Shown here: piece by piece, positions 1 through 10,706 of the stretch
How the letters are laid out: each line of letters begins with the position of its first letter
How positions within the stretch are numbered: position 1 is the first letter of the stretch
Source: Phycisphaerae bacterium
GTDB taxonomy: Bacteria; Planctomycetota; Phycisphaerae; WQYP01
Length of the DNA stretch: 64,000 nt
Assembly: GCA_051955985.1 (NCBI GenBank)
Contig: JBQCGD010000039.1
Location: 1,137 to 65,136 of the forward strand
Direction: 5' to 3'
Program-made: the position numbers and the translations under genes
The notes under the pieces: model-generated
Databases searched by the model: none
Told to the model about the DNA's origin: nothing
What the model saw: only the letters and a program-made list of their open reading frames with translations

Positions 1-810
1 ACACTCCTCGAATCCGAACTCTTCGGCCACGTCAAAGGCTCCTTCACCGGCGCTACCTACGACAAACAAGGCCGCTTCCTCGCCGCCGACGGCGGCACCC
101 TCTTCCTCGACGAAATCAACTCCGCCTCCCCCGCCTTCCAGGTCAAACTCCTCCGCGTCCTCCAGGAAAAAAAATTCGAACCCGTCGGCTCCAACCAGAC
201 CATCACCGTCGACGTCCGCGTCATCCTCGCCTCCAACCAGGACCTCGCCAAACTCGTCGCCGAACACCAGTTCCGACAGGACCTCTACTACCGCATCAAC
301 GTCGTCAACATCCAGCTCCCCCCCCTCCGCCACCGCCTCGGCGACATCCCCCTCCTCGCCGATGCCTTCCTCAAAAAACTCACCGCCGAAATCAACCGCA
401 AAGTCACCGGCTTCACCCCCGAAGCCATCGACCTCATGCGCCGCTACACCTGGCCCGGCAATGTCCGCGAACTCGAAAACGCCATCGAACGCGCCGTCGT
501 CCTCACCAAACGCCCACTCATCACCCCCGAAGACCTCCCCCAGCAACTCCTCGACGCCGTCGACAACTTCGGCTCCCCCGACAAATCCACCTCCCCCGCC
601 ACCGACGCCAAAACCGGCGAACTCCTCTGGGACGGCTCCCCCCTCCACGCCGCACTCGAAGCCCCCGAAAAAGCCATCCTCCTCGCCGCACTCAAAGCCA
701 ACCACTGGAACCGCCAGCTCACCGCCGAAAAACTCGACATCAACCGCACCACCCTCTACAAAAAAATGAAACGCTACGGCCTCGACCTCCCCGACGGCCT
801 CACCGAATAA
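1..810 (+). CDS. sigma-54-dependent Fis-family transcriptional regulator (enhancer-binding protein), 5'-truncated at window edge
   Basis: Frame-1 translation from nt 1 reads [15 protein letters not shown]...GGTLFLDEI...[12 protein letters not shown] (AAA+ sigma-54 interaction domain). C-terminal Fis-type HTH ([12 protein letters not shown]). Stop at 808-810. Strongly C/A-ending codons. Confidence 0.85.
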   Translation, partial: TLLESELFGHVKGSFTGATYDKQGRFLAADGGTLFLDEINSASPAFQVKLLRVLQEKKFEPVGSNQTITVDVRVILASNQDLAKLVAEHQFRQDLYYRINVVNIQLPPLRHRLGDIPLLADAFLKKLTAEINRKVTGFTPEAIDLMRRYTWPGNVRELENAIERAVVLTKRPLITPEDLPQQLLDAVDNFGSPDKSTSPATDAKTGELLWDGSPLHAALEAPEKAILLAALKANHWNRQLTAEKLDINRTTLYKKMKRYGLDLPDGLTE

Positions 811-1106
811 CCAACCTCCGCCCAGACAAAACCCTCCTCCAACAATTGTCCATCCGCCAACGCTTGCGTCGTCGCGGACCATGCATATAACAAATTGCAC
901 CCCGTCCCCCACCCGCCCCTCGACGATGACATTCTGCTTTCACCCGCCCCCATATCCCGCGCAAAAACTTGCGGTCCCCCGCCCTCCCCGACGCGTGAAT
1001 CTGTACAATACGATCCACACTTCTTCTATATCCGTCACTCCGAATCACCGCGGCCGCGACCATCGCCCCGCTTCTTGTCCATAGCACTTACACAGGAGCC
1101 CCCCAC

Positions 1107-1925
1107 ATGTCGTACGCCGATACCTGGAAAGCCGCCAAAACCAAGTACGAAAACGACACCAAATCCAAGAAACCCAGCGACAAATTCATGGGCGTCTTCC
1201 GCAAATCCAGCGGCATCGAAACCGCCTGCAAAGACCTCGACACCGCCCTCGCCAAAGGCGACACCGCCGGCGGAAAAAAAGCCCTCGCCGCCCTCCAGTC
1301 CGCTGGCTCCTCCTACCTCAAAACCCTCGACACCGCCATGAAATCCGAAAACGCCCTCAAATCCACCAACTCCAGCACCCTCGCCGCCGCCCTCAAAAAC
1401 ATCATGGCCGACGCCACCGAAAAAACCACCCACCTCAACTCCATGACCGTCGAACAGGCCGTCGGACCCGCCCTCTTCAAAACCGTCACCGGCGTCGGCC
1501 TCCAAAGCTCCGCCGCCGTCAAGGCCTTCTGCCTCAACCACGAGTTCCTCTTCGATTACGGCACCGGCACCCACTCCGACGCTCTCAAAAAACTCCAGGA
1601 TCGCGCCAAAACCAAAATGTCCCAATACAACACCTGCTACAACCTCCTCAAAAGCATGAAAGACCGCCAGATGAAAAAAGGCGATGCCATCGCCAGCGTC
1701 CACAAGCTCCTCGATGAAATGGTCGGCCTCATCGCCCCCATGAACGAAGGCCTCCAATACTGCATCATGATGTGGTCCGACCACCAGCAAAAAGCCGTCG
1801 CCACCAAGCCCTCCGTCAAAGACGCACTCCTCAAATCCGACGAATGGAAAATCCTCGCCAAAATCGCCCCCGAAATCGAAGACGACATGGCCGACCTCCA
1901 AAACTCCATCGGCAAACTCCAGTAA
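1107..1925 (+). CDS. hypothetical Lys/Ala-rich alpha-helical protein (no recognisable domain)
   Basis: 272-aa ORF. AGGAG 9 nt upstream of ATG. Extreme NNC/NNA codon usage identical to neighbouring genes. No signal peptide or TM segment evident. Confidence 0.55.
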   Translation: MSYADTWKAAKTKYENDTKSKKPSDKFMGVFRKSSGIETACKDLDTALAKGDTAGGKKALAALQSAGSSYLKTLDTAMKSENALKSTNSSTLAAALKNIMADATEKTTHLNSMTVEQAVGPALFKTVTGVGLQSSAAVKAFCLNHEFLFDYGTGTHSDALKKLQDRAKTKMSQYNTCYNLLKSMKDRQMKKGDAIASVHKLLDEMVGLIAPMNEGLQYCIMMWSDHQQKAVATKPSVKDALLKSDEWKILAKIAPEIEDDMADLQNSIGKLQ

Positions 1926-2072
1926 CCCCACACCATGTCTGGCGGCCCCCCGCCGCCAGGCATGGCTCTCCCCGGACGATGCCCCTGCCCCAAAAACAAA
2001 AGCCCGGCGGCTACCGCCGCCACGGTGAACCCCCCTTTCACGCAGGCCGCCTCCCATCCCGTACACCAAAAA

Positions 2073-2101
2073 TTGACGTTAGGAATAAGTAAGGGTATAC
2101 T
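2073..2101 (+). promoter_or_regulatory. near-consensus sigma-70 promoter TTGACG-N17-TATACT
   Basis: ttgacg (2073-2078), 17-nt spacer, tatact (2096-2101), inside an AT-richer patch of a 68% GC region. Would drive a ~370-nt leader containing the tandem repeats before dgt. Confidence 0.45.
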
Positions 2102-2221
2102 GCCACGGCGAAAAAATCGGGGGGCACGCTCATGCAAATACCCACCTCTGGCACCGCGACGGTCACGGAGCGCCCATCTCCCGCTCCCCCCACCGGCCAG
2201 CCGCTCTTCTCTCCCCCCAAC

Positions 2222-2368
2222 AACTTGATCACCTTCGGCTGGCGCTATCAAAAACGCGGTTCCAAAACCTCCGAACTTGATCATCTTCGACGGACGCCCC
2301 CAAAAACGCGGTTTTCAAACCTCCAACTTGATCACCTTCGGCGGACGCCATCAAAAACCCCGATCCCC
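2222..2368. repeat. three imperfect tandem copies of a ~50-bp unit (AACTTGATCACCTTCGGCnGnCGCnATCAAAAAC...)
   Basis: Copies start at about 2222, 2273 and 2325. Lie between the predicted promoter and the dgt start. The six-frame ORF 2132..3799 runs through them but the real dgt start is 2480. Confidence 0.6.
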
Positions 2369-2479
2369 CACAATTCCTACCGGAGCAATAGGCAATCCCC
2401 ACCCGCCCGCACCCCTCTTGCCAATCTCTTCCCGCGACATGTTCCCCTCACCCCCAACCCCCCATTAAAATCCCCCTCC

Positions 2480-3799
2480 ATGCCCATGTCCTGGCCACAC
2501 CTCCTCTCCGACCTCCGCTTCGCCCGCCGCGAAGGCGACCCCCCTAAAACCCCCGCCGGCGACTCCTTCCGCTCCCCCTTCGAAACCGACTTCGACCGCA
2601 TCGTCTACTCCGGTCCCTTCCGCCGCCTCTCCCGCAAAACCCAGGTCCACCCCATGGCCATGAACGACCAGGTCCACACCCGCCTCACCCACTCCCTCGA
2701 AGTCGCCAGCGTCGGCCGCTCCCTCGGTCACCGCCTCGGCAAATTCCTCCGCGCCCGCAACGACATCCCCGACGGCCGCGAAGCCGACATCGTCTGGATC
2801 ATCCAGGCCGCCTGCCTCGCCCACGACATCGGCAACCCCCCCTTCGGTCACGCCGGCGAATACGCCATCCGCGAATGGGTCAAAGGACACCCCGACGAAG
2901 TCTTCGGAAACCTCCCCGTTTCCGACGGCCTCCGCGCCGACTGGGAAATCTTCGAAGGCAACGCCCAGGGCTTCCGCATCGCCGCTCGCGGCGACAACCC
3001 CGCCGCCGGCTATCTCCGCCTCACCTTCGCCACCCTCGGCGCCATGATCAAATACCCCTGGGACTCCACCGACCCCCGCGCCCGCCAGCGCGGCAAATTC
3101 AATGTCTTCTCCTCCGAACGCGAGATGTTCTGGGAAATGGCCGAACGCATGGGACTGAACATGGGCGGCGCACGTGGCGTCGTCCGCCACCCCCTCTCCT
3201 TCCTCTCCGAAGCCGCCGACGACATCTGCTACCGCATCCTCGACCTCGAAGACGCCGCCGAACTCGGCATCCTCGAGGAACGCCGTGTGCGCGAAATCCT
3301 CCTCTCCATGTTCGAGTCCGCCAGTTACCAGGGCGCCCCCGTCGCCGTCCTGCGCGGCGAGGCCATCCAGGCCCTCATCAACGGCGTCTGGCGCGTCTTC
3401 GAACGCGACTACCCGCGCATCATGAACGGAGATCGCGAGGAAGACCTCAAGAGCAGCCTCGAACCGTCCCTCCTCGAAGCCGTCGAAAAGATCAAACGCG
3501 CCTACACCGAGATCTTCGCCGACCGCACCAAGGTCGCCGCCGAACTCGGCGCCTACAAGACCCTCGGACGCATCATCAAGGCCGTCTGCTTCGCCACCCG
3601 CCGCCTCGCCGCGGCGAAAAATTACCGGGAATGCGGCTTCCTCGCACAACGCTGCCTCGAACTCGCCTGGGGCGAACGCTACGCCGTCGAAAACGAGGCA
3701 CGACCCTACGAGTGGTGGCTCCACCAGGTCATGGATTATGTCTCCGGCCTCACCGACAACTACTCCCGGCAGTTGTCCCGCGAGATCGAGGGAACCTGA
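2480..3799 (+). CDS. dgt: dGTP triphosphohydrolase-like HD-domain protein
   Basis: ATG at 2480 (MPMSWPHLL...). HD motif region HSLEVASVGRSLG...LAHDIGNPPFGHAGE. Stop 3797-3799. The ORF-track start at 2132 is an upstream over-extension through the repeat region. Confidence 0.85.
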   Translation: MPMSWPHLLSDLRFARREGDPPKTPAGDSFRSPFETDFDRIVYSGPFRRLSRKTQVHPMAMNDQVHTRLTHSLEVASVGRSLGHRLGKFLRARNDIPDGREADIVWIIQAACLAHDIGNPPFGHAGEYAIREWVKGHPDEVFGNLPVSDGLRADWEIFEGNAQGFRIAARGDNPAAGYLRLTFATLGAMIKYPWDSTDPRARQRGKFNVFSSEREMFWEMAERMGLNMGGARGVVRHPLSFLSEAADDICYRILDLEDAAELGILEERRVREILLSMFESASYQGAPVAVLRGEAIQALINGVWRVFERDYPRIMNGDREEDLKSSLEPSLLEAVEKIKRAYTEIFADRTKVAAELGAYKTLGRIIKAVCFATRRLAAAKNYRECGFLAQRCLELAWGERYAVENEARPYEWWLHQVMDYVSGLTDNYSRQLSREIEGT

Positions 3800-4037
3800 C
3801 GGGGAAATGTAACGACCGCCGCGCCGCCAGGGGGAACCACGAAAATTCCGATTTTTCCAGAAGCATTTGCGCGACCCCCGCCCGGAAGACCAACGTCAAA
3901 ATGCATGTAATTTACAGTGTTTTTGCAACTACTCGGTTACATTTTCATATCCAAACGTCGATAATGATCCGGACTGGCCGGGATTCTCATCAGGTCATCT
4001 CGGAGGCGGCCAGCGTGCTTTAACTCAGGAGCCTGCC

Positions 4038-4988
4038 ATGTGCCGTATCAGACCCCGTGCCTTCACCCTCATCGAACTCCTCGTCGTCGTCGCCATCATC
4101 GCCGTCCTCATCGCCATCCTCCTGCCCTCCCTCGGACGCGCACGGGAGAACGCCAAAAAAACCGCCTGCCTCGCCAACGTCCGCGCCCTCGCCCAGGCCG
4201 CCACCACCTATGCCAGCATGGAAAGCAACTACGTCGTCCCCGCCGCTGTCGTCTATCACAACGGAGCGCAAACCGACCTCGGCTTCTTCGCCATGCTCGC
4301 CGAAGGCGTCCTCACCAACCCCAAACTCGCCTCCACCGGAACCACCGCCATGCCCGCGCTCTCGATGCGGTCCGTCTTCGTCTGCCCCTCCACCGTCCTC
4401 TTCGATGCCTCCAGCACCTCAAACCAGGTGGCAACCAGCCCGCCCTGGGGCCACGACGGATACTGGCAGGGAGTCTCGCAGAACTGGGACAGTGCTCTGA
4501 ACGTCCTCCCCGGTGGCGGCGGCAACAGCGCAGCCAACGCAAACGCCCTCCTCGTCCAGTCTTCCTACGGCATCAACGGTGGCAACTCCAGCACCCTCAC
4601 CCCTTGCCAGTTCACCACGGATAAACCCTTCAGCAACATCTACGACGGGATGAACGGCCGAAAAATGAGCAGCTTCAACGCGGCCTCCGACCTCGTCTTC
4701 ATGTATGACGGCTTGACCCAGTTGAACCCCACCGCCAGCGCCTCCGCCGGCACCATTCCACGCCGCATCGCCGGCCGGCACGGACAGCCCAGCGGTAATG
4801 TGAACCCGGCGCTCACCGGACAGGTGAACATCGCCTTCTTCGACGGCCACGCCGAAACAATCGACCGCAGCAAGTGCCCGACCGACCAGACGGAATGGCC
4901 TTCCGGTTCCACCAATCCAGGCCCGTCGCTCCAGAAAAAACGCACCTTGCATCCGACGCCCTACTGGCGCGTGGACGAGACCGAATAA
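4038..4988 (+). CDS. DUF1559 / H-X9-DG protein with prepilin-type N-terminal cleavage-methylation domain (type II secretion pseudopilin-like)
   Basis: AGGAG 7 nt upstream of ATG 4038. N-terminus [33 protein letters not shown]-terminal FFDGHAETI. Track ORF 3867 start is an over-extension. Confidence 0.8.
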   Translation: MCRIRPRAFTLIELLVVVAIIAVLIAILLPSLGRARENAKKTACLANVRALAQAATTYASMESNYVVPAAVVYHNGAQTDLGFFAMLAEGVLTNPKLASTGTTAMPALSMRSVFVCPSTVLFDASSTSNQVATSPPWGHDGYWQGVSQNWDSALNVLPGGGGNSAANANALLVQSSYGINGGNSSTLTPCQFTTDKPFSNIYDGMNGRKMSSFNAASDLVFMYDGLTQLNPTASASAGTIPRRIAGRHGQPSGNVNPALTGQVNIAFFDGHAETIDRSKCPTDQTEWPSGSTNPGPSLQKKRTLHPTPYWRVDETE

Positions 4989-5009
4989 CAGGGAAATTGG
5001 GCACAACAA

Positions 5010-6338
5010 TCAGGGAAGCGATTCTCCGGCACCGGTGCCGCTCCCCTTGCTGGAAACCGTATCAATGCCCGTAACCTCCGCGTCCCCCGTCACAACAGGC
5101 TTGCCGCTTTTGGCCGTGAGGTGCGCATCCGAAAAGACGATCCCCTTGGCGTGCGCAATCTCCATCGGCTTGCTGGCGCCGATCTTGATGTGGGTGAGGG
5201 TGACATTGTCGATCGGCTGCTCGGGGAGCCCCACGATCGAGCCCGCGCTCAGCGCGCCCGTGGCGGAAAAGTTGGTCACGCGTATGTCCTTCCAGACCGG
5301 CGTCGAAGCCGTGACGGCCGCCGGCTTATCCGACATGGCGTTCTTCGGAATGATCGGGAAATAGCTCGCGAACCAGATGGGATATTTCACGTCATGCATC
5401 TTGATGTTGTCGTACGCAAGGTGCTCGCAGGTGCCGCCCCGCCCGCGCTCCGACCGCAGCCGGATGCCGTACTGGGTGTATTCAAAGGTGCAGTTCGAGA
5501 CGCTGAGATCGCGCAGGCACCCCGACGTCTGGTTGCCGACAAGAATCCCCTTCCCGTGCTGGATGGTGCAATCCGTGATGGCAATGTTGCTGCATTCCGG
5601 TTTCTCAGGCGAGCCGTCGCCGGTGGGATTGATCACAATGTCTTCTTCGCCGACATCGAAGGTCGAATGCGTGATCGCGAAGTTGTGCCCGGAGATGGCC
5701 AGCCCGTCCGTATTGGGCGAGTCCTCGGGGGCCGACGCGCGGATGTGATCGACCGTCACATCCCTACAGCCGGCGAGAACGACGGCGGTGCTGGGAGAAT
5801 TGGCGATCGTGATGTTTTCAAGAAGCACGCGCTGCGAGTTCGAGATATCGAACATGAACGGCCGCCGCGGCTGGGACGACGATTTGGAGTACCCTTTCCA
5901 CCACGGCTCGCCGCTGCCGTTGATCACGCCTTCGCCCGTGATGGCGAAGTCATGGCACCCGCGGGCGGTGAGGAGATCCGCGTGCCGCGAGGTGTGGACG
6001 GGAAAATCTTCCGGATTGGGGGAGAAAAGAAGCGTGGCTCCTTTTTCGACGCGCAGTTCGATGTTGCTGGTCAGCGAAACCGGGCCGGTGAGAAACGTGT
6101 TCCCGCCCGCTTCCCCCGCAGGCACGAGAACAACGCCGCCGCCGGCCTTCGAAGCGGCGGAGACCGCCTGCTTGATCGCGTCGCCGCACGGGGTCTGGTG
6201 ATCGCCAACGGCGCCGAAATCGGTGATGGCGAAAATGCGGCCCGGAATCTTGGGCCGCTGCACCGCCGGTGGCGCCGCGGCGGCAGCGAATGTCGCGGTT
6301 GCAATAAGGGCGGTAACGACTGCGGCGCGGACGGCCAT
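5010..6338 (-). CDS. glycoside hydrolase family 28 (polygalacturonase-like) with signal peptide
   Basis: Parallel beta-helix motifs (NSPSTAVVLAGCRDVTVDHI, GLAISGHNFAITHSTFDVGEEDIV, QHGKGILVGN). Predicted start MAVRAAVVTALIATATFAAAAA with GGAGGA RBS. The alternative upstream start at 6407 lacks an RBS. Confidence 0.8.
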   Translation of the reverse strand: MAVRAAVVTALIATATFAAAAAPPAVQRPKIPGRIFAITDFGAVGDHQTPCGDAIKQAVSAASKAGGGVVLVPAGEAGGNTFLTGPVSLTSNIELRVEKGATLLFSPNPEDFPVHTSRHADLLTARGCHDFAITGEGVINGSGEPWWKGYSKSSSQPRRPFMFDISNSQRVLLENITIANSPSTAVVLAGCRDVTVDHIRASAPEDSPNTDGLAISGHNFAITHSTFDVGEEDIVINPTGDGSPEKPECSNIAITDCTIQHGKGILVGNQTSGCLRDLSVSNCTFEYTQYGIRLRSERGRGGTCEHLAYDNIKMHDVKYPIWFASYFPIIPKNAMSDKPAAVTASTPVWKDIRVTNFSATGALSAGSIVGLPEQPIDNVTLTHIKIGASKPMEIAHAKGIVFSDAHLTAKSGKPVVTGDAEVTGIDTVSSKGSGTGAGESLP

Positions 6339-6425
6339 GGCGATTCCTCCGATGAATTCGGCGTGAGAAAGGAATCGTAACATAGGGGCGCATCGCGAAT
6401 TTGTCACGGGACGGCGAACTGCAGG

Positions 6426-9398
6426 TCAGGCGTGCTGCGTCGAGAGAAGCGGGGCAAAATTATCCCGGGCCCAGGCCGCCGCACGCGAGAGATACCCGCC
6501 GACCTCGTCCGGCGCCAGCGGCTTGCTGAAGAGATAGCCCTGGCCGAACTTGCATTCCATCGACTGCAGAATGACGAGCTGCTCTGGAGTCTCCACCCCT
6601 TCCGCGACGACCTGCATCTCCATGTTGCCCGCGAGCTGAATGATCGCCTGGATGAGTGCCGAGAACTGCCGGCCGCGCTGCAGGTTGGCGATAAACGCGC
6701 GATCCATTTTGAGGACATCAATCGGGTACTGGTGGAGGGAAGCGAGCGACGAGTGGCCCGTGCCGAAGTCGTCGAGGTCGATTTTGACGCCAATGTCGCG
6801 GAGCGCATGGAGCGTCCGTTTGGCAGCCGCCGGATCGCGCATGACGGTGCTCTCGGTGATTTCAAGATGGAGCCACTGGGGCTGCATGCCCGTCTCTGCG
6901 AGCGTCGTGCGGATCATGTCCAGGAGGTCGTGCCGCGCGAGCTGCTGGCGGGAGAGGTTGACGCTGATCGTCGAAGGGGCGAGCTTGCCGAAGGCGTGGC
7001 GCCAGGTCAGGAACTGCTTGCACGCCGTGCGGAGCACCCATTCGCCGAGCGGGATGATCAGGCCCGTTTCCTCGGCGATCGCGATGAACTCCGAGGGGGA
7101 CACAAGCCCGCGCGTCGGGTGGTTCCAGCGGATGAGGGCTTCCATGCTGTGCGTGGCGCCGGTGTCGATCGCGACGATCGGCTGGTACGCGAGCGCAAAC
7201 TGGCCGCGCTGCAGCGCGGAACGCAGGTCGCTTTCGGTGGCCACCCGCGCCTGCAGCCGGTCATGCATGCCCCTGTCGAAAAGCACGGCGCGCCCGCGGC
7301 CGATGGCCTTGGCTTCATACATCGCGATGTCCGCATCCCGCAGCATCTGCTCGGCCGTGTTGTAATGCGAGCTGCTCGTCACAATGCCGATGCTGGCCGT
7401 CGACACCGTCTCGATCTCCCCCAGAAGATACGGCTCGGCAAGAATGTTGAGGAGGCGGTCTGCGACGGCGAGAGCGTCGGCCGCTGCGCGGATTTCGTCG
7501 AGCACGATGACGAACTCATCCCCGCCGAGCCGGCTCACCGTGGAGAAATTGTCCGAGGACACCGCCACCGTATCGCCCGGACGAAGCGCGTTGCGCAGCC
7601 GCGCCGCAATCTGCTGGAGCAGTTCATCCCCCGCACCGTGGCCCAGCGTGTCGTTGACGAGCTTGAAGCGGTCGAAATCCAGAAAAAGCAGCGCAAAGAG
7701 ATGACCCGGCGCGCGCGAAGCACGATCGATGCAGTGCTGCAGCCGGTCGAGGAGCAGCGTGCGGTTCGGCAGCCCGGTGAGCTTGTCGTGCGTCGCCGAG
7801 CGGCGGAGCTGTTCTTCCGCGAGCTTCCGGTCCGTGATGTCCTGGAGTGCCCCGCAAAGCTTGATCGGGACCCCGTTCTCACCATAGACGCATTCCCCCT
7901 GCGAGCGCACCCAGATGGCGCGGCCCGTTGCAGTGAAACGCGGAAGCTCAAGATCCCACGGCTCGCCGGTTTCAACGGCTTTTTTCACCGCGCTCTCAAT
8001 CGTGGCGCGGGCGTCGGGATGATAGAGGGATATCACCAGCTCGCGCGTCACCGGCGCGCCGATTTCCATTTCGTGGATGCGGTAAACCTCGTCCGACCAG
8101 GTGACCTTCCCCGTGGCGAGATCCCCTTCCCAGCCGCCGACGTGCGCCAGCTCGCCGGTGCGGCGGATCAGGTTGTGTGCGGCGGTCGCGGCCTCTTCAA
8201 TCTCCTTCTGGCGGGTGACATCTTCGGTGATGCCGACCATCCGGAGCGGCGTCCCCTTGTCATCCCGTGCCACGACGAGCCCGCGCACGTGGGTCCATCG
8301 CCAGGAGCCATCCTTGCGCCGGAGGCGCTGCAGGGATTCGAAAATCTTGTCGCGCCGGTCAAAGTGATCGTGCAACGCCGCCGTGGAGGGGGTGAGATCG
8401 TCCGGGTGAATGCGCCGGAGCCAGTCGCGGATGTCGCTGCGCTGCGTCTCCTCGCCAATGATGGCGGCCCAGCGGTCATCGAAGGTGCACGCGCCCGTGT
8501 CGATGTTCCATTCCCAGGTGCCCAGCCCGCCGGTGGAGAGGGCCAGTTCAAGCCGCTCGCGCTGGTTCTGCAGGGCGATCGACTGGGTGCGGAGCTGCGA
8601 CGAAACCTCCTCCGCTCGCGACTTGGCGTCCTGCAGGTCGGCCGTCATCACCTCGGCCAGCGCGAACGCGCGCGAGCGGCTGCGCCCTGTGGACCAGACC
8701 ATTGAGGCCAGCAGAAGGCTCAGCAGGCTTCCCCCGCCGCCGACCGCCAGCGATGTGGGAAAATACGTTGCGAGAGAATGACTCGCCGGGAGCGTCAGCG
8801 CCGTCGTGACGGCGGTGGCCGCAAGACCGGCAAGGAACACGGCGGCGGCGGCACGGTTCAGCCGCGGACAGGCGTTGATGACCGCTTCAGCATGCCGGCG
8901 GTGAATGCCGGTTTCGCGCCGGAGGGCGATATGCGATGCCACCCGCCGGGCAATGCGCTGCAGGGAGCCGAGTTGCGCAGGGGTGAGACTGCGGGGCGTG
9001 TGGTCCATCACGCACAGCGTACCGAGCACGGATTTCTCGACCTTGAGCGGAATGCCGGCGTAGAACCGGACATGGGGCTCCCCGGTGACCAGGGGATTGT
9101 CGCGCGTGCGGACATCCTGGGTGGCATCCTGGATGATGAGCGGGCCTTCGGAAAGAATGGCGTGGGCGCAGAATGCGGAATCACGCGAGGTCTCCGTCAG
9201 GCAGAGGCCGACCTTTGCCTTGAACCACTGGCGCTTCGCATCCACCAGGCTCACCAGCGCGATCGGCGTGTCGCAGATATGCGCGGCCAATTCGACGAGA
9301 TCGTCAAAATCAGGCTCCGCAGGCGTATCGAGGAGCCGGCATTCGCCCAGAATGGCGAGACGGTCCTTCTCATTGGCGGGCAACGGTGCCGGGTGCAT
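6426..9398 (-). CDS. c-di-GMP signalling protein: GAF - TM - PAS/PAC x2 - GGDEF - EAL
   Basis: RLGGDEF and EALIRW/ESTVMRD motifs, PAS boxes, N-terminal GAF. Start chosen at MHPAPLP (AGGAG + 6 nt). Upstream ATG at 9470 has no RBS. Confidence 0.8.
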   Translation of the reverse strand: MHPAPLPANEKDRLAILGECRLLDTPAEPDFDDLVELAAHICDTPIALVSLVDAKRQWFKAKVGLCLTETSRDSAFCAHAILSEGPLIIQDATQDVRTRDNPLVTGEPHVRFYAGIPLKVEKSVLGTLCVMDHTPRSLTPAQLGSLQRIARRVASHIALRRETGIHRRHAEAVINACPRLNRAAAAVFLAGLAATAVTTALTLPASHSLATYFPTSLAVGGGGSLLSLLLASMVWSTGRSRSRAFALAEVMTADLQDAKSRAEEVSSQLRTQSIALQNQRERLELALSTGGLGTWEWNIDTGACTFDDRWAAIIGEETQRSDIRDWLRRIHPDDLTPSTAALHDHFDRRDKIFESLQRLRRKDGSWRWTHVRGLVVARDDKGTPLRMVGITEDVTRQKEIEEAATAAHNLIRRTGELAHVGGWEGDLATGKVTWSDEVYRIHEMEIGAPVTRELVISLYHPDARATIESAVKKAVETGEPWDLELPRFTATGRAIWVRSQGECVYGENGVPIKLCGALQDITDRKLAEEQLRRSATHDKLTGLPNRTLLLDRLQHCIDRASRAPGHLFALLFLDFDRFKLVNDTLGHGAGDELLQQIAARLRNALRPGDTVAVSSDNFSTVSRLGGDEFVIVLDEIRAAADALAVADRLLNILAEPYLLGEIETVSTASIGIVTSSSHYNTAEQMLRDADIAMYEAKAIGRGRAVLFDRGMHDRLQARVATESDLRSALQRGQFALAYQPIVAIDTGATHSMEALIRWNHPTRGLVSPSEFIAIAEETGLIIPLGEWVLRTACKQFLTWRHAFGKLAPSTISVNLSRQQLARHDLLDMIRTTLAETGMQPQWLHLEITESTVMRDPAAAKRTLHALRDIGVKIDLDDFGTGHSSLASLHQYPIDVLKMDRAFIANLQRGRQFSALIQAIIQLAGNMEMQVVAEGVETPEQLVILQSMECKFGQGYLFSKPLAPDEVGGYLSRAAAWARDNFAPLLSTQHA

Positions 9399-9645
9399 GG
9401 GCGCTCCTGCGACAGCGCGGGCCTTTACACGCCGCCGCGCAATTCCCTCAGGATCGAGAGAACTGTACATTTCATCGGCAACTGCGTGACCGGTATGAGC
9501 CTAAGAATCGCGATCGCCTGTTTGGGGCAACCACGCCGGCCGCCTCCCCCTTCTTAGGGCGAGAACCACCTCGCCCCTCGCGAACGGACGCTGGGCACGT
9601 CTCCCCTTCGCGGGTATTCTCGGCGGTCCCTTTTCCGAGGAGGCA

Positions 9646-10680
9646 ATGATGGTTTATGCGGCAAGCGAAAATCGGTACAGGGATTCCCGCTTTTTCCGGA
9701 GGTGCGGGCGATCCGGTCTGATGCTCCCGGCCGTCTCTATCGGTTGCTGGCATAACTTCGGAGCGCCCGGGACCGACGCCGGCCACCACGGGGACGAATC
9801 GTCATTCCACGAAAACGCGCGGGCGATGCTGCGAACAGCATTCGATCTCGGCATCACCCATTTCGATCTGGCTAACAATTATGGGCCGCCGCCGGGTGCG
9901 GCGGAGGAGCGGGTGGGGCGAATCCTCAAGGAAGACTTTGCTTCGTACCGCGATGAATTGATCATCGCCACAAAGGCCGGATACACGATGTGGGAGGGTC
10001 CCTATGGTGATTGGGGATCGCGCAAATATCTCCTGGCGAGCCTGGACGCGTCGCTCAAGCGGCTGAAACTCGACTACGTCGATATTTTCTACTCACACCG
10101 CCCCGACCCGAATACGCCGCTTGAAGAGACCATGAGCGCGCTGGATCAGGCGGTACGCTCCGGCAAGGCGATTTATGCCGGGATTTCCAATTATCGCGGC
10201 GGCCAGACGGCCGACGTGGTGGCAACGTGCAGGCAGCACGGAATGCACGTGCCCATTATCCACCAGCCCAAGTATTCGATGTTCGAGCGATGGATTGAGC
10301 CGGAGCTTCTGCCCATCGTCGAAAAGTTCGGGATTGGCGTGATCTGCTTCAGCCCGCTCGCCCAGGGGCTGCTCACCGACAAGTATTTGAAAGGCGTGCC
10401 GTCCGATTCCCGTGCCAGCCTCGGCGGCTTCCTGAAGCCCGAGCAGATCACCGACGCGAAACTGTCCATCATCCGAAAGCTGAACGACGTGGCCAGGGCG
10501 CGCGGCCAGAGCCTGGCTCAGATGGCGCTGGCGTGGGTGCTCCGCCACCCGGTCGTGACGAGCGTGCTGATCGGCGCGAGCCGCCCGGAGCAGATCCAGG
10601 AGAATGTGGCGGCGGTCAGCGGCGCTCCGCTGAGCGCGGAGGAACTCGCGCGAATCGAGGGAATCTTGCGCGGAAACTGA
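9646..10680 (+). CDS. aldo/keto reductase, YghZ/Gpr-like (L-glyceraldehyde-3-phosphate reductase family)
   Basis: GAGGAGG RBS. Motifs ...SIGCWHNFG..., DLANNYGPPPG, HRPDPNTP. Stop 10678-10680. Confidence 0.85.
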   Translation: MMVYAASENRYRDSRFFRRCGRSGLMLPAVSIGCWHNFGAPGTDAGHHGDESSFHENARAMLRTAFDLGITHFDLANNYGPPPGAAEERVGRILKEDFASYRDELIIATKAGYTMWEGPYGDWGSRKYLLASLDASLKRLKLDYVDIFYSHRPDPNTPLEETMSALDQAVRSGKAIYAGISNYRGGQTADVVATCRQHGMHVPIIHQPKYSMFERWIEPELLPIVEKFGIGVICFSPLAQGLLTDKYLKGVPSDSRASLGGFLKPEQITDAKLSIIRKLNDVARARGQSLAQMALAWVLRHPVVTSVLIGASRPEQIQENVAAVSGAPLSAEELARIEGILRGN

Positions 10681-10706
10681 CCCCCGGCGCCTGACCAGCG
10701 TGTGCC

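Noticed and set aside
810-1106. Searched for a sigma-54 promoter (TGGCAC-N5-TTGC) downstream of the enhancer-binding protein gene
   Set aside because: TTGCA-like -12 elements are present but none has a GG at the correct -24 spacing.
2465-3724. 419-aa minus-strand ORF antisense to dgt (also 2875..4023 +, 3174..3425 +)
   Set aside because: Overlaps a clear HD-domain dGTPase in the other strand or frame. The translation is Gly/Ala/Glu low-complexity typical of antisense frames in high-GC DNA. No RBS.
5010-6407. Using the longest ORF start (6407) for the GH28 gene
   Set aside because: The first 23 codons lack an RBS and precede a clear signal peptide with GGAGGA-ATG at 6338. The shorter form was preferred.
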